64,000 nucleotides of DNA from an uncultured Gemmatimonadales bacterium (GTDB taxonomy: Bacteria; Gemmatimonadota; Gemmatimonadetes; Gemmatimonadales; Gemmatimonadaceae), in the NCBI GenBank assembly GCA_963793305.1, contig CAWBZV010000012.1, positions 1 to 64,000 on the forward strand. Direction: 5' to 3'. The position numbers and the translations under genes are program-made. A model generated the notes under the pieces. It did not search any database. It had not been told where the DNA came from and was given only the letters and a program-made list of their open reading frames with translations. Of the stretch, positions 31,058 through 38,493 are shown piece after piece. Within the stretch, counting starts at the first letter, position 1; each line of letters begins with the position of its first letter.

Positions 31058-33584
31058 ATGCGACTGCGCTGGATTCTGATCGTGTTGGCCTGTCTCTGCG
31101 GCGCTTCAGCTCGGGCGCAGCAGAGGACGATATCCACGGATTCGACTGTGCTGACGGCGCCGGTCGGCACGCTGTCGGAGCTCCTCAACGGTCGCGTGCC
31201 GGGACTCGCCGTGTCGTCCAGCGATGGGAGCACCGGCGCGGGGTCCACCGTGTCCGTGCGCAGCGGCGGCCAGCCGTTGCTCGTGATCGACGGGGTGCGC
31301 GCCGACAACGATCCGGGTCTGCATAATCTGGCGGCGCCAGACCACCCGGCTCCCGCACGATTCGACGATCTCGACCCATCCGAGATCGCTACCATCCAAA
31401 TCCTTCCGGGCCCGTCCGCGACAGCGCTCTACGGACCTGATGCCGGCGACGGCGTCATCCTCGTCACCACCAAGCACGCCTCGTCAAAGGGCAGAGGTTT
31501 CCTCACGGCAGAAGGCGCGCAGGTCACGACGCCCATCCGCCTGCCCGACAACTATTACGCCAGGGGCCACCAGGGCGGCACCCCCGTACAGTGCTTGACG
31601 TACCTGCGCGCCGCGGGTCAGTGCACGCTCGACAGCGTGACGCATTTCAACCCGCTGCCCCCGACGCTCGAAACCGTCTACCAGGACCGCCTCGGCGCCT
31701 CCGTCGAGGGCACGTCGCCGACCCAGCGCCTGTGGCTCGGCGGACACTACGCCAATGATCCTGGCACGCTGCAGATGCCGGGACCGGATGCGTCGATCTA
31801 CACGAACGAGTACGGCTTCGGCCCGGCGCGGTCGCACACGCTGCCGAACCGCCAGCAGGAGGGCGACATCCGCGGATCCTTCGGCATCGATCTCGCGAAG
31901 ACCACCGATGCCGAGGTCACGCTCGGCTACGTCAGCCGATACCAGCGCGATCCGTCGCCCGCCACATTGCTCCAGAGTGCCGCCGCGGGACCTGGGTACG
32001 CCGGGGTGAACGACGGGTGGCAGGACTCCGTGAACCGGCCATGGAATGACTTCGCCAACGTCGCGCGTGAGAACGCACGCCACGTGAACGGCGGCGTCAC
32101 CATCAACTGGCAGCCCAAGCCGATCTGGGCGACGCACATCACGGGTGGCGTCGACGCGGTCGACCAGACGTTCGGCGACATGAGCATCCTGGCGCCATCA
32201 CTGGGGTCCGACAGCGCCATCACCTACGATCATACGCGTCTCACCCAGTACACGGCGGACGCCGGCGCGACCCTGACGGTGGGCGACTCGGTCGCCCGAT
32301 CGCAGACGACATTCGGGCTGCAGTATCTGGCCGAGCACTTCCGGGACTCGTCGTATCGGTTCGCCGGATTTCCCGGGACGTTCAACCAAGGCTTCGAGAA
32401 TATCGCGGCCGGCAGCCAGGATCGAAGCGCTTACGCGCGCGAGGTGGCGACGCTCGCCAATCATTTCGTGCTCGCCGGCGGCGCGCGGTACGACGACCAG
32501 CGGCTCCACGCGGCCCATCTCAACTCGTCGACACTCAACCCCTCGTTCGACGTCAACTGGGCCATCCTCGGTTCGGTGGCGGACCCTCGCCTTCGTATTC
32601 GCGGCGCGATGGGGCAGACCACGACGCTCCTCGACGCCCGGCAGCTTGGCTCGGTGGCTGCCCTGGATGTAGCGCAGCTCGGGTGTCTGCCGTTTACCGC
32701 GTGCTCGCCACCGCCGATCCATCCCGAGCGCCAACGCGAGTGGGAGACGGGGTTCGATGCATCACTCCCGCATGACCGGTGGACGATCGGGCTCTCGCTC
32801 TACTCGAAGCGTAGCATTGGTGTGCGTGTGCCCTTTGACACCATACTGGTTCCACAGGCCATCACATCCGATCGCGGCGTGGAGTTCGAAACCCGAGCCA
32901 GGCTGATCGATCGGCCGACGTTCGGCTGGAACTTCGCGTTCGACGCGTCGCAGAACACGGATAAGGTGCTTCGCATGAGCAGTCTCGCGAGCCATCTCTC
33001 TATCGGCGATCCGGTCGGCGCCGTGGTTGGCCATCCACTCGCGGGCGTGTGGCAAAACACGTACACGTACAGCGACGCCAATCACGACGGCGTGATCGAG
33101 CCGAGCGAGGTCCACGTCGACGGTACGACGACGCTCGGTCAGTATGTCGGGTCCGCTGTGCCAACGCATTCTCGCATCCGCATCGACGTTGATCGAGATG
33201 TTCCATCGCCAACTGCGGCTGGCGACGCTGTTCGACTATCGAGGGGGATACGTGCTTCCCGATCTCTCGCTCGAAGAGCACTACGGCTTGGGAGCGCGTG
33301 CGATCAATGCGCCTGGTGCATTGCTCGCCCAACAGGCGGCCATCCTCGCCATTAGCCAGGCCGGAGATCCACCAATGCAGCGCGTCTCAGCGCTGCGCTG
33401 GCGCGAGTTATCGGCGACGGTCGGGACGCCCGGGGTGCACACCGTGCAATTGACGCTCGCGGTCCGGAACCTCAGGCTCTGGACGCATTACCAGGGCGAT
33501 CCCGATTGGCTGCTCACGCCCGTGCAGGAGGAGCAATTGCCCGAGCCGAGGACGTGGCTGCTACGGCTGACCGCCGGGTTCTGA
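31058..33584 (+). CDS. SusC-like TonB-dependent receptor, paralog 2 (+1 frameshift near 33170)
   Basis: PLLVIDGVR, DLDPSEIATIQILPGPSATALYG, PERQREWETGFD, LFDYRGG, RNLRLWTHY, LRLTAGF; joins to ~841 aa. Confidence 0.87.
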
Positions 33585-35339
33585 CCTGAACACGATACGT
33601 GCCGCGCCTGGCGGCGCGTGCACGATGATTGTGTGCGGACTCGTGGTGCCCGCTGGCCGCACCGTGACACCGACGTCGGCGCTGACGTAGCTCCACGATG
33701 CCGGCACCGAGATCGGCAGTCCGTCGATGGCCTGCTGAGCGTTGAGGTGCAGCGTGATCGTTGGACCCTCGGCGGTCACGTCGCAGCCGACCGCGTCGCG
33801 CGCCGCCCACCAGCGACCGTAACCCGACACGGTACCAAACCAGGCGGTCGATCGGAGCGCCCCAACGAACCCCTGTTCGAATTTGAGCTTGTAGTCCGTG
33901 ACGTTCGGATGGATCAACACGACCATCTCGCCGCCGTAGCGGGACACCCGCCGCGCGACGTTGAGCGCGTCGTTGATCCGCGCGTCCATCCGAGGGAGCG
34001 CCTCGTCCTCGATAGAGACCGGAAACTCGAAGATGCCACTCTCGGCCTCGCCCGCCCGATCATCCGTGAGCGCGAACGGCAGATGCGTGAGCGACGCATT
34101 CGCGGTCGTCGATGAGCTGAAGCGATAGCCGACCGCGGCGAGCGCCTGGGGCAGTACGCGAGGCTCGGCGAGATAGCCGGGCCGGAATGCCGTGACGGTG
34201 TCGGGCGCGATCGATTCCAGGAGATATTTGCTGATCCGGAGCTCGCCGAGCACCGTTGCACCCGTTGTCGCCGTCGCGTTCTGCACGAACGGCCGATAGC
34301 CCGGAAAGCGCTCGTCACCCGTGCCGACCGGGAGGGTGGCAAATTGGCGCGAGTGGGCGACCGAGTGACTGGCGAGCTCCAGCCCGGCCATGGCGAGCTG
34401 TCGGAGCTTCGGCGACGCCGCATCATTGAAGAACACGTCATCGTTATAGTCGCGCACATACTTGGTCTGCACGAAGTACGTCGCCGGAATGCCCGCGGCG
34501 TGCTCGAAGTCGGCGTAGGCCTGCGAGTTGTCGACGGAGCGCAGGTAGTCCACGTCATGGGTGATCATCACCGCGAGCGGCTTGCCGTCGGGTACGGTGC
34601 CGAGCGTGACCGCGTGCGGCTCACCGTCGACATAGAGCTGTCGTATCACGCGGAGCCAGACGTCGATCGTCGGCTCGAATTGGTTATCGTAGGCTCGCGC
34701 GAGCGTCTCGTCATGACCGCCATAGCCGGTCTCGAGCAGCGCGCCGAGATCGACGCCGAGTGCATAGGCATGGCCATGGACCGTGATGGCCGCGGTGCCA
34801 TCGTCGAATGTCGCGAGCGGCGGTTCAATCGGTTTCGTGTACCCATACGCAGGTGGCGCTCGGAGCGTCGACTCGCGAGGATCATCGAGGCCGAAGCGCT
34901 TGATCGCACCTGGCGCAAAAGTGATCGCTGAGCGAGTGCGCGATGGGACGGCCTCGGCAAACCCGAACGTTTCGGCCAACCCACCACCCAGCACGTTGGT
35001 CGCGATCAAGGTCCCATGGTATTCGGTGAGCGCATGCAGTGCGTCGGCGGAGAGGGTACGGCCAGAGATAATGGGGTACACCAACACGACCCGATGCGTC
35101 AGGGCCGCGTGATAGTCACGCGTGATGACAAACGGGATGCCGATGGTACGGAGCCCGTGCGCGAGGGGCAGCCATGGGGCGGATGAGTCGGTGAGGAGCA
35201 CCGCCAACCGACTGGCGCCGCCAGTGGAGAACGATTGCCATTGGGCAGCCGTCGCATGCCGGATATGCGTCGCGTTCGCCGGCCCGGGACCAGGCAATAC
35301 CGCCGCAGCGGCGAGGCTCGCCGCGAAGAGTCCGCGCAT
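33561..35339 (-). CDS. Secreted polysaccharide deacetylase-like (NodB/CE4 fold) protein
   Basis: Signal peptide; ITHDVD, ATYFV, ELASHSVAH, FRPGYL, VLIHP motifs. Confidence 0.7.
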   Translation of the reverse strand: MRGLFAASLAAAAVLPGPGPANATHIRHATAAQWQSFSTGGASRLAVLLTDSSAPWLPLAHGLRTIGIPFVITRDYHAALTHRVVLVYPIISGRTLSADALHALTEYHGTLIATNVLGGGLAETFGFAEAVPSRTRSAITFAPGAIKRFGLDDPRESTLRAPPAYGYTKPIEPPLATFDDGTAAITVHGHAYALGVDLGALLETGYGGHDETLARAYDNQFEPTIDVWLRVIRQLYVDGEPHAVTLGTVPDGKPLAVMITHDVDYLRSVDNSQAYADFEHAAGIPATYFVQTKYVRDYNDDVFFNDAASPKLRQLAMAGLELASHSVAHSRQFATLPVGTGDERFPGYRPFVQNATATTGATVLGELRISKYLLESIAPDTVTAFRPGYLAEPRVLPQALAAVGYRFSSSTTANASLTHLPFALTDDRAGEAESGIFEFPVSIEDEALPRMDARINDALNVARRVSRYGGEMVVLIHPNVTDYKLKFEQGFVGALRSTAWFGTVSGYGRWWAARDAVGCDVTAEGPTITLHLNAQQAIDGLPISVPASWSYVSADVGVTVRPAGTTSPHTIIVHAPPGAARIVFRSEPGGQP

Positions 35340-35360
35340 ATGGTGAATGACGACTGACGC

Positions 35361-35783
35361 CTAGGCCGGTCGCGACCGGCCGTCGGCCGCGGCGCAGCGC
35401 TCGCGGACGATGGCCGACAATTCCTCGATATCGAACGGCTTGAGGAGCACCGGGCACCCAGTGGCTTGCAGCGTGGCGTGCGTCGAGGCCGCGATATCGC
35501 CCGTAATGAAGATCGTGCGCTCTTTGAGGTGCGGCTGCACACTCTGCGCGTACTCGAAGAGCAGGTCGCCGCGCACGTCCGGGATCCGATAGTCGAGGAT
35601 GAGGCAATCGATCTGCTTCTCGCCGAGCGTGCGTTCGGCGGCCTCGCCAGACGAAGCGACGTTGACGACGTAGCCGTCCCGCATCAGCAGCGTCGCGAAT
35701 GCCAGTCGGATCGACGGCTCATCGTCGACGAGCAGGATGCGCAGCCCGCCGCCGCGGCGCGGCTTATCCGCGTCCGGCAGCAC
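35361..35783 (-). CDS. Single-domain response regulator (CheY-like receiver)
   Basis: ILLVDDE, LILDYRIPD (phospho-Asp), FITG, LLKPF all intact; no output domain. Confidence 0.92.
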   Translation of the reverse strand: MLPDADKPRRGGGLRILLVDDEPSIRLAFATLLMRDGYVVNVASSGEAAERTLGEKQIDCLILDYRIPDVRGDLLFEYAQSVQPHLKERTIFITGDIAASTHATLQATGCPVLLKPFDIEELSAIVRERCAAADGRSRPA

Positions 35784-36600
35784 GGCGGAGAATGGTGAGG
35801 ACGGGTGGCGCGGCTGGCGCGCGGCCGACGACGAGCTTGGCGAGGGACTCGGCGACGCATTGATCGGGCGTGACGATCCGTCGCCACGCCGCGAACCGGC
35901 GGCCGCTCATCTGGCGCACGTGGGCGGCGAAGATGCGCGGGTCGGCGTATCCCAACCGCAGCGCGACGTTGGACATTGAGAGCGCGGGATTCTGGGCGTA
36001 CTGGTAGCCGCGGAGCACGCGCGCCGCGAGCACCAGCGTGCGGGCCGGGGCGAGTCCCAAGCGTTCCAGCCAGCGGTTGACGTTGCGCCGCGGCATCTCG
36101 GCCGCGACCGCGATGTCCGTCGCGCTGCGGAACCGCGTGGGCCGGCGAAACAACAACTCCACCGCGCCGACCAGCGCGGGCGGGGCGTCGCCGGCGACGA
36201 GCGCGACGCGGAGGGCGCCCAAGATGCGCTCCTCGATCCCGGTCGCGCGCAGCGTCTCCAGCCGATCGCGGAATCGCGTCGGCTCATCGTCGAAGCCGCG
36301 GAGGACGCAGTGGCGCACGCCGAGCTCGCCGAGCGAGAGCATCGCGCGCGTCGATTCGGCGGTGATGTTCGTGTACACCAGGACGGCGACGGCCGGGAAC
36401 CCAGCGCGGATCGCGCGCACCGCTTCGGTATCAGCTGATCCATCGACGCAGGGATCGACGACGGTCACCTCGACGGGTCTGGCCCGCAGCACGCCGGCCA
36501 GGGCCGGCCAACTCGACGCGGCCAGCACGGTGTGCTCGTCCCCGGCGACTATGCGGAGGTGGGACAACATGGCTGGAGTGAGGCGGGCGACTACGAGCAT
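35764..36600 (-). CDS. AraC-type HTH regulator with degenerate receiver-like N-terminal domain
   Basis: Start ~36600 (MLVVARL); N-term VVDP...VLVYT; C-term SATDIAVAAEMPRRNVNRWL and SMSNVALRLGYADPRIFAAHVRQMSG (AraC double HTH). Confidence 0.75.
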   Translation of the reverse strand: MLVVARLTPAMLSHLRIVAGDEHTVLAASSWPALAGVLRARPVEVTVVDPCVDGSADTEAVRAIRAGFPAVAVLVYTNITAESTRAMLSLGELGVRHCVLRGFDDEPTRFRDRLETLRATGIEERILGALRVALVAGDAPPALVGAVELLFRRPTRFRSATDIAVAAEMPRRNVNRWLERLGLAPARTLVLAARVLRGYQYAQNPALSMSNVALRLGYADPRIFAAHVRQMSGRRFAAWRRIVTPDQCVAESLAKLVVGRAPAAPPVLTILRRAAGRG

Positions 36601-36720
36601 GGGGCCCGCCGCCCGAATGCACCGTCCTTTGTCCCGAATCGCGATTGGCACGACAGATGGAGCAGCCGAGTATAGGTGCACCAAATACGGCTCAGCTGCC
36701 CAATCGCTTCCGAGGTGTAC

Positions 36721-36915
36721 ATGCTCGTTCGCTTCACACTCGCCGCCGCGCTCCTTGCTCTCGCCACTGCCTGCACCAGTCCGACCGCGCCGGTAGCGAA
36801 CTCGAACAGCGCAGTGCACGGCGGCATGTCTGGCGGTGGGGTAATGCCAGGATCCGGCGGCCACACGACCACGACAACACCGGACGACGGCGTGATGCCG
36901 GGGTCCGGCGGTTGA
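36721..36915 (+). CDS. 64-aa exported (lipo)peptide precursor with two GVMPGSGG repeats
   Basis: GAGGTG RBS before ATG 36721; hydrophobic signal ending in lipobox-like LATAC; GVMPGSGG at 36838-36861 and 36889-36912 with only synonymous differences. Confidence 0.8.
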   Translation: MLVRFTLAAALLALATACTSPTAPVANSNSAVHGGMSGGGVMPGSGGHTTTTTPDDGVMPGSGG

Positions 36916-36994
36916 ACGGCTAAATACCTCGCGGGCCGCTCCATGTCCGTCGGTTCGAGTACCTGATCTCCGTACTGCACGTGGCCGTTGCCGG

Positions 36995-38302
36995 CTAACC
37001 GCCGGCCGCGGCGAGTAGTCGCGCACCGTGTATTGCTTCAGCCACCCGGTTCACCCGAGCCGGCCGGGGGGACGCAATCGTGTGTCGTGGCGGCACCAAG
37101 GCGCGACCAGCGCTGAGAGCCGCCAATGCTGCCTGCGCGCGACGGAGAATATCGGCCAGTCCGTACCGTTGCGCGACGGTGACCGCCCGGTCGAACGCCG
37201 CCGCGGCGAGTGACGGCTGGCCGAACGCCAAGTGGCCCTGCCCCACGTAATAGTCGAATTCCGTCGCGAGTGACGGCGGGAGGCCGATGCCGCCCAACGC
37301 GCGCCGATGCCGCATGAAATCGAGCTCGCGCCGCTCGATCGTCGCGATCTCAATCATATTGATCGTGGCCGCCCACCGCGTGAACGGCTCTTGCGCGGTC
37401 TCGGCGAGCAACGCGTTGGCTTCGCGCGCCACGTCGGGATAGCCGGCCTGCAAGAGGAGTGTCGCCAGTGACACGAGGACGCGCTCGCGCTCGATCACAT
37501 CGGTCATGGCGGTCCACGCTTCATACGCGTAGGTGATCGCATCGTCCGGGTGGCCGAGCTGCGCAGCGACGAGGGAGAGGTCGTGAAACGCCATCGCGCG
37601 CACCTCGCCACAGTCGGTTCCGGTCGCGCCCGCAATGATCGCGGCGAGACGCTCATGCGCCACCGACAGATCGCCCCGTCCGACTGAGATCTTCGCTTCG
37701 CCGAGGTTCGCCCGCAACACGCTACGCTCATCACCTCGCGTCGCGGCGAGCTTGCCAGCGGCGCGGTACGCCTGCAGGGCGCGTTCGACGTCGCCCATCG
37801 TGCGGTAGCACACGCCGAGATAGATCGCCGTGGCGGTCGCGACCTCGCCATCCAGCGGCCCGATGACGCCATCGCCGACGTACGAATCCCAGACGATGGC
37901 GTAGACGTTGGCGGCGAGACCCCACGCCGAGCGGATGTGGAGCGCGCGGGCGTAGGCGAACAATGGCGCGACGAGGCGTGGGGGCTCGCCATCGTGCGCG
38001 GCAACGATCCGCGCGACGATCGAGCTCAGGAGCCGGCGCTCGGCGCCTTTCGTCGGCAGCTCCGCGATCACGCTTTGGACCGCGTCGACCTCATACTTGA
38101 AGGCCTTCTCTTGGGCACGCAGCGTGGCGAGCGAAGATTGCGCGCCATTGCCGTACTCGCTCCACGCATTGAGGAGGCGGAGCGCGACCAGGCCGGCACG
38201 GGCGGCACGCCATGCATTGCTGGCTTCGTCGGTCGTCGCCAGGACGTTGAAGAACGCGCGATGGCGCAGCGTCCCGTTTGTATCAATCATAGGTAGCACC
38301 AT
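36995..38302 (-). CDS. Tetratricopeptide-repeat (all-helical) protein
   Basis: TPR-like units (LGVCYRTMGDVERALQAYRAA; AFHDLSLVAAQLGHPDDAITYAYEA; VGQGHLAFGQPSLAAAAFDRA); no signal peptide or TM; start 38302 or 38290. Confidence 0.75.
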   Translation of the reverse strand: MVLPMIDTNGTLRHRAFFNVLATTDEASNAWRAARAGLVALRLLNAWSEYGNGAQSSLATLRAQEKAFKYEVDAVQSVIAELPTKGAERRLLSSIVARIVAAHDGEPPRLVAPLFAYARALHIRSAWGLAANVYAIVWDSYVGDGVIGPLDGEVATATAIYLGVCYRTMGDVERALQAYRAAGKLAATRGDERSVLRANLGEAKISVGRGDLSVAHERLAAIIAGATGTDCGEVRAMAFHDLSLVAAQLGHPDDAITYAYEAWTAMTDVIERERVLVSLATLLLQAGYPDVAREANALLAETAQEPFTRWAATINMIEIATIERRELDFMRHRRALGGIGLPPSLATEFDYYVGQGHLAFGQPSLAAAAFDRAVTVAQRYGLADILRRAQAALAALSAGRALVPPRHTIASPRPARVNRVAEAIHGARLLAAAGG

Positions 38303-38445
38303 CGGGATCCGGTTTCTCGGATGAAGGCTACGATACGGTAATGCGGCGGATTCTGCCATGCCGTGATGCCTCCCACAGCCGGAGCACACCGTCCCGCTTT
38401 GGGACAGTAGCGATCCCGGGCACCGTCGCCTATATCGTTGCCAGA

Positions 38446-38476
38446 TAAGGTGTTGCGTTTCGGCACGTCACATGCT
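38446..38476 (+). promoter_or_regulatory. Candidate sigma-54 promoter with IHF-like site for the ADOP permease
   Basis: CGGCACGTCACATGCT (38461-38476, GG-N10-GC) preceded by TAA-N4-TTG (38446-38455). Confidence 0.55.
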
Positions 38477-38493
38477 TGGAACTGAGCTCACCT

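Noticed and set aside
28380..33180. Programmed frameshifting or phase variation in gmhA and the TonB receptors
   Set aside because: No slippery heptamers or long homopolymers; the same +1 pattern occurs in unrelated genes, so error is more likely.
36721..36915. Peptide as a RiPP precursor or an arbitrium (GMPRGA-like) peptide
   Set aside because: No modifying enzyme (radical SAM, YcaO, LanM, ATP-grasp) or peptidase is adjacent and there is no phage context; resemblance to GMPRGA is too short to be meaningful. A trans-acting maturase is not excluded.
36591..36980. Opposite-strand ORF with repeated PPDPGITP
   Set aside because: It is the antisense reading of the peptide repeats; the plus frame has the RBS, signal peptide and lipobox.
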